From positions 224,001 to 288,000 of the forward strand of contig BK006948.2 of NCBI GenBank assembly GCA_000146045.2: a stretch of DNA of 64,000 nucleotides, read 5' to 3'. Under the pieces are notes generated by a model, which was given only the letters and a program-made list of their open reading frames with translations, searched no databases and was not told the DNA's origin. The DNA comes from TPA_inf: Saccharomyces. Lineage: Eukaryota. Positions 32,745 through 44,186 of the stretch are shown piece after piece (the stretch's first letter is position 1; each line of letters opens with the position of its first letter). The position numbers were made by a program, and so were the translations under genes.

Positions 32745-35030
32745 ATGGAACACCAAGATAGTTCGCCACCTAGATTCAGGAACTCTGGCTCTAATAGAGT
32801 CACTGTGTATAACGGTACTACCCTGCCTACGATGCCCAAGAGCGCCACACCAACATCGAGCTCAACAACAGTTACTACGCATTTGCAAAATATTAAGGAG
32901 GAGGAAACAAACGATGACGAACTCACCCAAGTGGATCGTTCATCTCCTCGTGTTTTGGGGAGGATCTCCTCTACGTCCTCATCTTCATCCAATATTGATT
33001 TGCGCGATAACTTGGACATGTTACACGAAATAGAAAAATCAAATACTAATATTTCTTTATCAGCTCCTAATTTGCATGAGGAACTGGGCGTTCTCAGCGA
33101 TAAAGGTAACAGTAAAGAAGAATTGGCTTTGTTACCACCTTTACCTCACACAGGAGAAATGGAAATCACTCCACAATTTGATATCAACGAGGCTATTTTT
33201 GAACGAGATGACATCAGCCACTCTTCAAGGCTAGAACCAGATGACGTGTTAACAAAGTTAGCGAACTCTACTCGAGATGCTACGGGTGAAGATCAGGGGT
33301 TTGTTGTCATGACTCATGGCCACGATGCGTCGACAAACGACGATTCGCAATTAAGCGCTACTATTCTTGACAATCAGACGTCATTTGATCTTTCTAAAGC
33401 TCTAGAGATGACTAGCCATTCAAATATTTCTAATATTATTAATAGTTCCGGTTCTGAGGGAAGACGTTCAAGGACACCGGTAAGCAATTCCACTCTGAAA
33501 CCAAATTTATCATCTCCTGAAAGCGCAGAACGTGAAGCAAACACGACTTCGTCCTCCTCTACGTCGGATCACGGGGCAACAATGCAATATGATCCCAAGA
33601 AAATAATAACTCCAATTCCTGTTTTACCTTCCTCTGTCCGTGAACAGCAACAGAACAATGCACCTTTGAGAGAAAGAAGCAGATCTAATTCTAGTGCACT
33701 GGCATCTACACTGAGAGATACGATCATTTCAGGACTGCCTCAAAATATTAATTCTGTAGAAAGAAAGTTATCAAGGAAGAGTAACAGGAGTAGGAAGAAT
33801 ACGGTGACTTTTGAAGATCGTCTTCAGAAATTGCCACCCTTAAGCACCCAAATTTCGAACCAGTACGCCAAGGTAGCACCAGCTGAGAACAATATCGCCT
33901 TACACTTTCATAACTTACCTACACCAGTATCAAACACTCAAACGCCTGTTACGTTTCAGTCTGAATCCGGACTGACAGGGGGAGAAAAGAAAATGCCTTT
34001 TTTGAGAAGAGCATCTAGTGCCCTATTAAGAAAGACATCTGCCAAAAATTGCTCCAATTTAACCAGAACAAATACACCTACTTTATCGACATCCTCAACA
34101 TTTGAGTCAGATCTAAATGCTCGGCAGCCCATGCTAATTCGACGATCTTCCACTATTGATAATAAACTACCTAGGAGGCAGCTTTCGTGCTCGAAGCTTT
34201 ATTCGCGCCTCAATTCGGACAGCAAGTTTGCGAATAGCAGTCGAGCTTCGGAGGAGGTCTTAGTGTCCACTCCAAATGACACAGAACACGTCTACAGAAA
34301 GACATCTCTAGGTTCTAAGATAAAGAGAGGTTTTACTAGAATATTGAGCGACAGTAATAATAGTAAGGAAATTCTCACTTTATCACCCAAATCTATGGTG
34401 ACTACGGGGCCTACAGAATTGTCGTTTTCCTCTTTATCAACCGTGGGAGGACATCCGACAACGCCAGTCTCAAAAGAAAATGATCGAGTTTCAATAGATG
34501 GCGTGAGTACATTTAATCGAGCATCAACATCTCTTCCAGAATCATCAACAGACGACATCTCTCCACTACGCGAAGAAGGTAAGATTAATGTTCCTAAAAG
34601 AACGTCAAGTAGAAAGATACTGTCTAAAAATTCAAGCAAAAAAAATGTACTGCCTGAACAGCAAACAAAGCCAAGTGAAATATATCTGGATAAAGAAGCC
34701 TTACAAAGTTTTGTTCCCGTACTCTCTGTCACAGAGGGTACTCATCGCATCAATCGCTCGTCGTTACAAACGCAATCTACCATCGGATTATGCATTACCA
34801 ATTTAAGAAACAAAGAAGGCATGAAGCTCAATGCCAAGGAATACGTGGAAATCCTGGCTCAGCAGCAACGCAAGGAAGATGAAAGGTATGCTGTTTTGGA
34901 AAGAAAATTTGCATCTTGTAGATGGTGCAGTGATAAGGACCTGCAGTATTTGAAAAAGAAACGAATTTCCATGAATAAGATATGGTCTGATTATGTCCGA
35001 TTTTACCGTGGAAAGTTGAACAACCCATGA
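32745..35030 (+). CDS. uncharacterised Ser/Thr/Asn-rich, largely low-complexity protein, 761 aa
   Basis: A long ORF with yeast-like codon usage at the YOL036W position. It has no recognisable catalytic motifs, only a small structured-looking C-terminal region (AKEYVEILAQQQRKEDERYAVLERKFASCRWCSDKDLQYLKKK). Confidence 0.7.
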   Translation: MEHQDSSPPRFRNSGSNRVTVYNGTTLPTMPKSATPTSSSTTVTTHLQNIKEEETNDDELTQVDRSSPRVLGRISSTSSSSSNIDLRDNLDMLHEIEKSNTNISLSAPNLHEELGVLSDKGNSKEELALLPPLPHTGEMEITPQFDINEAIFERDDISHSSRLEPDDVLTKLANSTRDATGEDQGFVVMTHGHDASTNDDSQLSATILDNQTSFDLSKALEMTSHSNISNIINSSGSEGRRSRTPVSNSTLKPNLSSPESAEREANTTSSSSTSDHGATMQYDPKKIITPIPVLPSSVREQQQNNAPLRERSRSNSSALASTLRDTIISGLPQNINSVERKLSRKSNRSRKNTVTFEDRLQKLPPLSTQISNQYAKVAPAENNIALHFHNLPTPVSNTQTPVTFQSESGLTGGEKKMPFLRRASSALLRKTSAKNCSNLTRTNTPTLSTSSTFESDLNARQPMLIRRSSTIDNKLPRRQLSCSKLYSRLNSDSKFANSSRASEEVLVSTPNDTEHVYRKTSLGSKIKRGFTRILSDSNNSKEILTLSPKSMVTTGPTELSFSSLSTVGGHPTTPVSKENDRVSIDGVSTFNRASTSLPESSTDDISPLREEGKINVPKRTSSRKILSKNSSKKNVLPEQQTKPSEIYLDKEALQSFVPVLSVTEGTHRINRSSLQTQSTIGLCITNLRNKEGMKLNAKEYVEILAQQQRKEDERYAVLERKFASCRWCSDKDLQYLKKKRISMNKIWSDYVRFYRGKLNNP

Positions 35031-35922
35031 AGGAAAAAGGTCTTGGCTATATATAACGGCAGACAAAATATAAGTATACACGTATATATGGTGGTAAACA
35101 CGCATATACTGTATGCCATGTATTTACCATTACATAGTTATTTACGCACTCTATAAAAAGTTAACATTGCATTTTAATAAATTCCTTAAATTACTCTAAT
35201 TAGGATGGTAGCCCTACCTTTTTTTTTTTTGGCACACATGGTCAACTTTTCTTCTCATGCTTTAAAAGGCGAGAAAAAATGAAAATTAGCAAAATGACCT
35301 TTCCCTCCTTCCCACATTGAATATATACACTGGAAGATATAAGCAACCAGTACTGTAGATAAAAAAGATCACTACGATATTCGTCGGACTCCAGTCGGAG
35401 TGCAGTGCCCGATTACTCTTAATTGCACGCATCGTGCCAAGTTTAATTGGTATTGCTCGAACATCTAGGAATAAGAGAAGGACTTACTTTAGAATGATGA
35501 AAGAGGTAGCAATTTGCAGCAGATTTTTCGTGATTGAATCAAACAAAGATTAACCTTTACAGAACCGCTACACTGATACTAATGTAAGAAACATTTCCTT
35601 TATTTTTTTTCTAGCCCGTAGTGTACTCTTATAGTTTTGATATTTCCTTTCTATCTTTGTAAATGTAAATAATCACATTTGTCTGACAACACACTTGTTG
35701 CCACTAATTATTTCAACAAGCTGGCATAGCTGATCTTATTAATCTTGTAGACCGTTCAGGATGACTGGGCTATATTATGGCGTTAACTTTCGCGTTGGAT
35801 TACCTTTTTATGCGATGACAAGATGCCGATAATAGGTATTTACTTTCACAAGTACGTGTACGCAATTCTAAAGGAAGTATATCAAATAAAAGGGCGTGGT
35901 ACATAAAAGCTATATCCCTAGC

Positions 35923-38900
35923 ATGACCAGTCTAATAGATTTGGGCAGATATGTTGAAAGAACGCATCATGGAGAAGATACAGAGCCAAGATCGAAAAGG
36001 GTAAAAATCGCAAAACCTGACTTGTCTTCCTTCCAACCAGGCAGCATTATTAAGATCCGTTTACAGGATTTTGTTACTTACACTTTAACCGAATTCAATC
36101 TTTCACCGTCTTTAAATATGATCATTGGGCCAAACGGATCTGGAAAATCTACTTTCGTATGCGCAGTGTGTTTAGGATTGGCTGGTAAACCCGAGTATAT
36201 TGGTAGGAGTAAAAAAGTGGAAGATTTCATCAAAAATGGTCAAGATGTTTCAAAAATTGAAATCACCTTGAAAAATTCACCAAATGTTACTGATATTGAA
36301 TACATAGACGCACGTGATGAAACAATAAAGATTACCAGGATTATTACGAGATCCAAGAGGAGATCGGATTATCTAATAAATGACTACCAGGTATCTGAGA
36401 GTGTAGTTAAAACTTTAGTTGCTCAGCTGAACATTCAGTTGGATAATCTTTGTCAATTTTTATCTCAAGAGCGTGTTGAGGAGTTTGCTCGCTTGAAGTC
36501 AGTTAAATTATTAGTAGAGACTATAAGGTCAATCGATGCAAGCTTATTGGATGTGTTGGATGAACTAAGGGAATTACAAGGAAATGAGCAAAGCTTGCAA
36601 AAAGATCTCGATTTTAAAAAAGCTAAAATTGTTCATTTGAGACAAGAAAGTGATAAACTACGTAAATCAGTTGAATCTTTACGAGATTTTCAAAATAAGA
36701 AGGGTGAAATCGAGTTACACTCCCAACTATTACCTTATGTGAAAGTAAAGGACCATAAAGAAAAGCTAAACATATATAAAGAAGAATACGAACGAGCGAA
36801 AGCGAACTTAAGGGCTATACTGAAGGATAAAAAACCATTTGCAAATACTAAGAAGACTTTGGAAAATCAGGTGGAAGAGTTAACAGAGAAGTGTTCCCTA
36901 AAAACTGATGAGTTCCTGAAAGCAAAAGAAAAGATCAACGAAATCTTCGAAAAATTAAATACTATTAGGGATGAGGTCATCAAAAAGAAAAACCAGAACG
37001 AATATTATAGAGGAAGAACCAAAAAACTACAGGCCACCATTATTAGTACAAAGGAAGATTTTCTAAGGAGTCAGGAAATATTAGCACAAACACATCTTCC
37101 TGAGAAAAGCGTATTTGAAGATATAGACATTAAAAGAAAGGAAATTATTAATAAAGAAGGCGAAATTAGGGATCTTATTTCCGAAATTGATGCGAAGGCG
37201 AACGCTATTAATCATGAGATGAGAAGCATACAGAGACAAGCTGAAAGCAAGACCAAATCCCTTACAACAACTGATAAAATCGGTATCTTAAATCAGGACC
37301 AGGATTTAAAGGAGGTCCGTGATGCTGTGTTGATGGTTAGAGAGCATCCAGAAATGAAAGATAAAATTCTAGAACCGCCAATAATGACCGTGTCTGCCAT
37401 TAACGCTCAATTTGCTGCATATTTAGCACAATGTGTGGATTATAATACGAGTAAAGCCTTGACTGTTGTTGATTCTGATTCTTACAAGCTATTTGCAAAT
37501 CCAATTCTTGACAAATTCAAGGTTAATTTGAGAGAACTCTCCAGTGCAGACACCACCCCTCCTGTACCAGCGGAAACGGTGAGGGACCTGGGATTTGAGG
37601 GTTATCTATCCGATTTTATTACCGGTGATAAGAGGGTTATGAAAATGCTTTGTCAAACTAGCAAAATTCATACTATACCGGTATCAAGAAGGGAATTGAC
37701 GCCTGCTCAGATAAAGAAGTTGATTACACCAAGACCGAATGGGAAAATTCTTTTTAAAAGGATTATTCATGGGAATAGGTTAGTCGATATCAAGCAATCA
37801 GCATATGGTAGTAAGCAGGTCTTTCCTACTGACGTTAGTATTAAACAAACTAATTTTTATCAGGGATCAATCATGTCAAATGAGCAGAAAATTAGAATTG
37901 AAAATGAAATTATCAACTTAAAGAATGAATACAACGATCGAAAATCTACGTTAGATGCATTGTCAAACCAGAAAAGTGGTTATAGGCACGAATTATCTGA
38001 GTTGGCGTCAAAAAACGACGATATTAATAGGGAAGCTCATCAATTAAATGAGATTCGCAAGAAGTACACTATGAGAAAAAGTACAATAGAGACTTTAAGA
38101 GAGAAATTAGATCAACTGAAACGTGAAGCTAGAAAGGACGTATCTCAAAAGATTAAAGATATTGATGATCAGATCCAACAACTATTACTCAAGCAAAGAC
38201 ATTTGCTGTCTAAAATGGCCTCTTCAATGAAGAGTTTAAAGAATTGTCAGAAGGAGTTAATAAGTACTCAAATCCTTCAATTTGAAGCCCAAAATATGGA
38301 TGTTTCTATGAATGACGTAATTGGTTTTTTCAATGAGAGGGAAGCTGATTTGAAGAGCCAATATGAAGACAAGAAAAAGTTCGTAAAAGAAATGAGAGAC
38401 ACTCCTGAATTTCAATCATGGATGAGAGAAATCAGGTCTTATGACCAAGACACTAAGGAAAAATTGAATAAAGTGGCAGAAAAATACGAGGAGGAAGGGA
38501 ATTTCAATCTGTCATTCGTTCAGGATGTTCTCGATAAATTAGAATCGGAGATAGCTATGGTAAACCACGACGAGTCAGCCGTAACAATTTTGGATCAAGT
38601 CACAGCCGAACTGAGAGAGTTGGAGCACACGGTTCCTCAGCAGTCGAAAGACTTGGAGACCATTAAAGCTAAATTAAAAGAAGATCACGCAGTTTTGGAG
38701 CCCAAATTAGATGATATTGTATCAAAAATCTCTGCAAGATTTGCGCGCTTATTCAACAATGTTGGGAGTGCTGGTGCGGTTCGTCTAGAAAAGCCGAAGG
38801 ACTATGCTGAATGGAAGATAGAAATCATGGTAAAATTCAGAGATAATGCACCTTTAAAAAAGTTAGATTCCCACACGCAATCAGGTGGTGAAAGAGCTGT

Positions 38901-39204
38901 TTCTACAGTTCTTTACATGATTGCTTTGCAAGAGTTTACCTCTGCACCATTTAGAGTGGTTGATGAAATCAATCAAGGTATGGACTCTAGAAATGAAAGG
39001 ATCGTTCATAAAGCTATGGTGGAGAACGCGTGTGCCGAAAACACTTCTCAATATTTTTTAATCACTCCAAAATTATTGACTGGCTTGCATTATCATGAAA
39101 AGATGAGAATACACTGTGTCATGGCTGGTTCTTGGATTCCAAACCCTTCTGAGGATCCGAAGATGATACATTTCGGTGAAACTTCTAACTACTCATTCGA
39201 TTAA
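35923..39204 (+). CDS. SMC5: SMC family ATPase (Smc5 of the Smc5/6 complex), 1093 aa from MTSLIDLG
   Basis: It has a Walker A (GPNGSGKST), long coiled coils, and C-terminal signature and Walker B motifs ([17 protein letters not shown]...[10 protein letters not shown]). Confidence 0.88.
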
Positions 39205-39474
39205 TCTTTCACTATTGCATAATTAATTATACACATATAGATGTAAACATGTTTATAACCAAGACGTTTGGTCTCATCTAGCAAAAATGTCTTCTAGTGT
39301 CAGCTGTCTTACCTCACAAATGTAAGGCTTCACCAAATAAAGAACTAATTAAATAGAACGCGCTTAAGAAAAGCTGCAATAATTAATTTCTTATATTAAA
39401 TTCGAGGCACCAAAGCAAGCAACCGCTACATGACAAAAATCTAATCTGGTACAGAAGAACTATAAAATAACAAT

Positions 39475-41085
39475 ATGATCATGTTGAGAATACCGACACG
39501 GTCTTATTGTTCACCTTCGAAGCTAATAAAGGGCGTAGGTCTCTCACCATTGAAGAAATCTCTGTTATCCAAGAAAATAAAGGAAGATATCCATCCTTCT
39601 TTACCTGTTAGAACTAGGTTTGCGCCTTCTCCAACTGGGTTTTTACACTTGGGGTCACTGAGAACAGCCCTTTACAATTACCTATTAGCAAGAAACACCA
39701 ATGGGCAGTTTTTGCTTCGTTTAGAAGATACAGACCAGAAGAGGCTAATAGAGGGAGCAGAAGAAAACATCTACGAGATTCTGAAATGGTGTAACATAAA
39801 CTACGATGAAACCCCTATAAAGCAAAGTGAAAGGAAACTAATATATGACAAATATGTAAAAATATTACTATCTTCTGGGAAGGCGTATAGATGTTTTTGT
39901 TCAAAGGAGCGATTGAACGATTTGAGACACTCTGCAATGGAATTGAAACCTCCTTCGATGGCAAGCTATGATCGATGTTGTGCACACTTAGGGGAGGAAG
40001 AAATAAAATCTAAGCTAGCGCAAGGTATACCTTTCACTGTGCGGTTTAAATCGCCAGAACGATATCCAACGTTTACTGATCTTTTACATGGACAAATAAA
40101 TCTTCAACCGCAAGTAAACTTTAACGATAAACGGTACGATGACCTTATCCTTGTTAAGTCGGATAAGTTGCCAACCTATCATCTGGCAAATGTTGTGGAT
40201 GACCATTTGATGGGAATAACCCATGTTATAAGAGGTGAGGAATGGCTGCCCTCTACTCCTAAACATATCGCCCTATATAATGCATTTGGGTGGGCTTGCC
40301 CAAAGTTCATCCACATTCCCTTATTGACGACGGTTGGTGATAAGAAATTGAGTAAAAGAAAAGGTGATATGTCTATCTCGGATTTAAAAAGACAGGGAGT
40401 TTTGCCAGAAGCTTTGATTAACTTTTGTGCGCTATTTGGCTGGTCTCCTCCAAGAGATCTGGCTTCGAAAAAGCATGAGTGTTTTTCAATGGAGGAATTG
40501 GAAACCATTTTTAATTTGAATGGTTTGACGAAGGGAAATGCCAAAGTCGATGATAAAAAATTGTGGTTCTTCAATAAGCATTTTTTGCAAAAAAGAATAC
40601 TTAATCCTTCTACATTGAGGGAGCTTGTCGACGACATTATGCCTTCTTTAGAGTCCATATATAACACATCTACCATAAGCCGTGAGAAAGTAGCTAAAAT
40701 TTTACTGAACTGTGGTGGTTCTCTATCAAGGATTAACGATTTTCATGATGAATTTTATTATTTTTTTGAAAAGCCCAAATATAATGATAATGATGCTGTC
40801 ACGAAATTTCTAAGCAAGAACGAAAGCCGCCACATTGCTCACTTATTGAAGAAGCTTGGACAGTTTCAAGAGGGCACCGATGCTCAAGAAGTCGAATCTA
40901 TGGTCGAAACGATGTATTATGAGAACGGTTTTTCTAGGAAAGTCACGTATCAGGCAATGAGATTTGCTCTTGCGGGATGTCACCCAGGTGCCAAAATAGC
41001 AGCCATGATAGATATTTTGGGCATCAAGGAAAGTAACAAAAGATTATCCGAAGGTTTACAGTTCTTGCAAAGAGAGAAAAAGTAA
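39475..41085 (+). CDS. MSE1: mitochondrial glutamyl-tRNA synthetase (class I), 536 aa
   Basis: It has a HIGH-like region (FAPSPTGFLHLGSLRTALYNY) and a KMSKS-like motif (KLSKRKG). Confidence 0.88.
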   Translation: MIMLRIPTRSYCSPSKLIKGVGLSPLKKSLLSKKIKEDIHPSLPVRTRFAPSPTGFLHLGSLRTALYNYLLARNTNGQFLLRLEDTDQKRLIEGAEENIYEILKWCNINYDETPIKQSERKLIYDKYVKILLSSGKAYRCFCSKERLNDLRHSAMELKPPSMASYDRCCAHLGEEEIKSKLAQGIPFTVRFKSPERYPTFTDLLHGQINLQPQVNFNDKRYDDLILVKSDKLPTYHLANVVDDHLMGITHVIRGEEWLPSTPKHIALYNAFGWACPKFIHIPLLTTVGDKKLSKRKGDMSISDLKRQGVLPEALINFCALFGWSPPRDLASKKHECFSMEELETIFNLNGLTKGNAKVDDKKLWFFNKHFLQKRILNPSTLRELVDDIMPSLESIYNTSTISREKVAKILLNCGGSLSRINDFHDEFYYFFEKPKYNDNDAVTKFLSKNESRHIAHLLKKLGQFQEGTDAQEVESMVETMYYENGFSRKVTYQAMRFALAGCHPGAKIAAMIDILGIKESNKRLSEGLQFLQREKK

Positions 41086-41428
41086 TAATAATATTAATAA
41101 AAGGTTTCGATACAATAGGGTCATGTAAATACGTCATATACATAATGTAATTAGCCACTACTGTATACGTTTATTTTGTTATTATGATTAAGCTTGATTA
41201 AGTTTAATTAAGTTTAATTGAATTTTCTTAATGAAGCCGACCGAACGTTCTGGAAGAGTTATATAGGAATCGGGTACTAAAAGCGAAATTTGGGGATAAA
41301 AGGAGAGATCTACATTTTATTTAAAATACGTCAATTCGACTCACCCTTTAAATACGAAAATAAGTGGTCTAATAAATTTGCAAATTCGGAGATTGATAAG
41401 AAATATTTGAGTGAGAGAAAATAAAGAA

Positions 41429-42169
41429 ATGTTTGCTGCAATTGCCTCAGGAAATCCATTGCAACTATCGGTAGAAGTCCCCAATTCAAATGGGTTACAG
41501 CATACAATTGTCCTTTCTCGAACGAAACCGAAACTATACTCGCATATAACACTGTTTATATTACCTAATGTTACCTTTCCTCAGGATTATATAGCTACAG
41601 TCTATTTCAAACTTAGCCCTCAGGAAGAATTTAAACTATTTGGGTACCTAAGCAGTGAGAAACCCAGTGCCATATTCAAAGTGCAAATACCGAGCTCGAA
41701 GAAAGACGCTGGAGATACAAGTGATGGATTAGGTGAGATAGACATGGATGTAGATGATGGTTCGGGGGCCGCTGATCCGTTTACTGACACCAATGGAAGT
41801 AGCAGTAATAACATATCAGAATTGATTATTGGTATTTCCATTGAGCCTCGAGAACAAGGAATGATGAAATTAGAAGAGTGGAAGGCCAGCATGAATGCCG
41901 AAGCACAAAAGAACAACTCATTGATCTTGTCAAGACCTAACTTAGGAATAATTCGAAATATTACCACGGCAGGGCAGTTGGCACAAGTTTACCCTTCATT
42001 GACACAAGAATTGGCCGCCAAAATCGTTCAGCATGCATATAACTATTTATCAGGGTTCCTAGATGCTCAGGGAAACGTGCCCATCAAGAGGTTTGATACA
42101 TGGTGGGACAAATTTAGAAATAGACTGGCCAACGACGGGACGTTTTTGGATGAAGTAACTAAAAATTAG
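41429..42169 (+). CDS. OPI10: Hikeshi-like protein (DUF775), 246 aa from MFAAIASG
   Basis: The length and sequence match YOL032W. The ORF track starts 6 codons upstream. Confidence 0.7.
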   Translation: MFAAIASGNPLQLSVEVPNSNGLQHTIVLSRTKPKLYSHITLFILPNVTFPQDYIATVYFKLSPQEEFKLFGYLSSEKPSAIFKVQIPSSKKDAGDTSDGLGEIDMDVDDGSGAADPFTDTNGSSSNNISELIIGISIEPREQGMMKLEEWKASMNAEAQKNNSLILSRPNLGIIRNITTAGQLAQVYPSLTQELAAKIVQHAYNYLSGFLDAQGNVPIKRFDTWWDKFRNRLANDGTFLDEVTKN

Positions 42170-42263
42170 ACACGGATATATAATATATCTCTAATAAGAT
42201 TCACGAAATATTAATTGAAAAAAATATTATTAATATTAAACTATATATGCAATGACAGTGAAA

Positions 42264-43529
42264 TCAGAGTTCATCTCTGAAATTTTTTATTCTATGAGCC
42301 ATGGGGTTGCCAAAGATCAAGTGTCTGCTGTCGATAAGTTTCTTATCAAATGAGTCTTGTTCAGTATCTCTCTCTTGGAGCCCATTGTCCAAGTTAGATT
42401 GCCTGGCTTTACATTGTTGCGCTAACCAATTCAAAAACCCTTTGTTGATCGTGATGTCACTTTTGAAAATTTTCTTCAAGTTGTAAAGGGTGTCAAAAAA
42501 CGTTCTTGTATGTAGTTCATCTATACTTTTGTTCTGGACCATCTCTTGGAACTCGTTTGCCCACTCTTGCAGATTTGACGACCAATTCTCAGCATTTCTT
42601 TTGAACAAAATTAGATTTGTATCGTCATTTTCGTACATGTCGGCCTTCAAAATTTTGCTGATCAACTCCAGGACTTTTATTTGTAACTGTTTGTCCTTGT
42701 TGTTTCTTTCATATACATTTTGTAAAACAACCGTAGAGTATATAGGAAGATCTTCGGATGTGACAGGTAATTCGTTTAAAATGGACAAGTATCTTTTTAT
42801 TAGGATATTAGAGGATCTGTGGTTAGAATCATTCAAATTTGACAGAGCGGCCATGATTTTGCTTTTAAAATTTGGAAAACTTTCATTAATGAACTCGACT
42901 ACAGGAGGATTGTTTCTCAAGCAGCTGGTAATGACTCTAGTACTGAGCTCTCTCAATGTTAACGGCAAATTTTCATTGAGACTAAGGTTGGCCAAGAGGG
43001 CGAATTCATGGGTAATAATTTTGTAGCCGTGCTTGTAATCATGCGCAAATTCCATTATTCTATCAAAACTATCCTCCAATCTGGCAATGTCCTGTGAAGA
43101 TAAAGTCGGGTTAGAATCTATGATGTTTCTCATTTCTTTGAAATCACTGGAAAATTCATAGTCACCAGGCGATGCTTTCATGTCTTCTGAAGATACAATT
43201 AACTCATGGCTACCATTATCACCGACATTCTTCTCATCATTTAGTTTTGCCTCTTTTAAACCTGTGTCCATGTTTATTCTAATGTCCAAACCACCGGGGA
43301 GTTCTTGACCTGGCAGTATGGGCTGCCAATCGTGTCTTGGTTCAAATATCTTAGGATAGCAACGATTATCAACGCAGATCGAATTCCCTGAAATTTCAAG
43401 TTCTTTAAGATCTTCTGCAGATATGATTTCGCCTCCAGATGGCACTGAGTGTATGGATGAATGCAATATTGTACTCGCCACTAATTTCGAAGATAGGGCG
43501 CTCAAAATTATGGGAAGAATCCGGACCAT
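42264..43529 (-). CDS. SIL1: ER nucleotide-exchange factor for BiP/Kar2 (armadillo-like), 421 aa with signal peptide
   Basis: N-terminal signal peptide (MVRILPIILSALSSKLVAST), 421 aa, at the YOL031C position. Confidence 0.8.
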   Translation of the reverse strand: MVRILPIILSALSSKLVASTILHSSIHSVPSGGEIISAEDLKELEISGNSICVDNRCYPKIFEPRHDWQPILPGQELPGGLDIRINMDTGLKEAKLNDEKNVGDNGSHELIVSSEDMKASPGDYEFSSDFKEMRNIIDSNPTLSSQDIARLEDSFDRIMEFAHDYKHGYKIITHEFALLANLSLNENLPLTLRELSTRVITSCLRNNPPVVEFINESFPNFKSKIMAALSNLNDSNHRSSNILIKRYLSILNELPVTSEDLPIYSTVVLQNVYERNNKDKQLQIKVLELISKILKADMYENDDTNLILFKRNAENWSSNLQEWANEFQEMVQNKSIDELHTRTFFDTLYNLKKIFKSDITINKGFLNWLAQQCKARQSNLDNGLQERDTEQDSFDKKLIDSRHLIFGNPMAHRIKNFRDEL

Positions 43530-44186
43530 TCTAAGTTTGCGTTCTTGGAAGTGATATTCAATATCGAGAACTTCCAGCGATGCGAAAACTAGTCTATTAT
43601 AGTTGCTAATGTGTGCTCTATCATTTACGTGGCCTTTTCACATAGTCTGGTCTTTCTTAATTATCACAATTCCGTTACCCGAAATCTAATCTCGTGTTTA
43701 GCTTCGATCTGCGGACGTTACTTCTAACGTCCAGAACACTTCACCCGCTATTTACGTTTTGATCTAGTTGCGGCCTCCAAACCTGCAGATGAATCGTTCA
43801 TTACATTCTTGCTGCCACTAGTTGGCCGCTGCGTATACAACAAGAAATATACTATGCATTTATGTAACGCGCTTTAGTCAGTAGCCTCAGTAATGCCTTT
43901 TCTAAGGTCAGTATGTCAATATCTCTCGGGTGAACCCCAACATTGTTGTTCTTTCTTCGTTGTTTCTCTCTCTTATCATCTTCTGTGTCTTTGCTTTCTT
44001 TTGTTCACAATTTCTCGAGAAAAAAAACTCCGCAGGAAATTTTTCACTTTTATTTTGCTTATACTATAAATAGGAAGGTCCCTGAACTGATTTGTTGACA
44101 GTGTTGCATTTCGTATATAAAAGTAAACAGTGGGCTGTAACAAACATATTATATATCACTCGCTACACACACAGCTCTAAATAGCT

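Noticed and set aside
32666-33019. 117-aa antisense ORF overlapping the start of the YOL036W ORF, and a 116-aa sense-strand out-of-frame ORF at 32683-33033
   Set aside because: These are overlap artefacts of the long Ser/Thr-rich gene, with no independent support.
40179-40676. 165-aa antisense ORF within MSE1; similar antisense ORFs within SIL1 (42490-43026), SPE2 (8833-9273), THI20 (1017-1869) and MDM38
   Set aside because: All are embedded opposite confidently identified conserved genes. I have no evidence for separate genes.
41161-41230. Short tandem repeats gattaagcttgattaagtttaattaagtttaattgaat between MSE1 and OPI10
   Set aside because: Low-complexity AT-rich 3' UTR and promoter sequence. 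It lacks a full ARS consensus match (WTTTAYRTTTW), so I did not call an origin.
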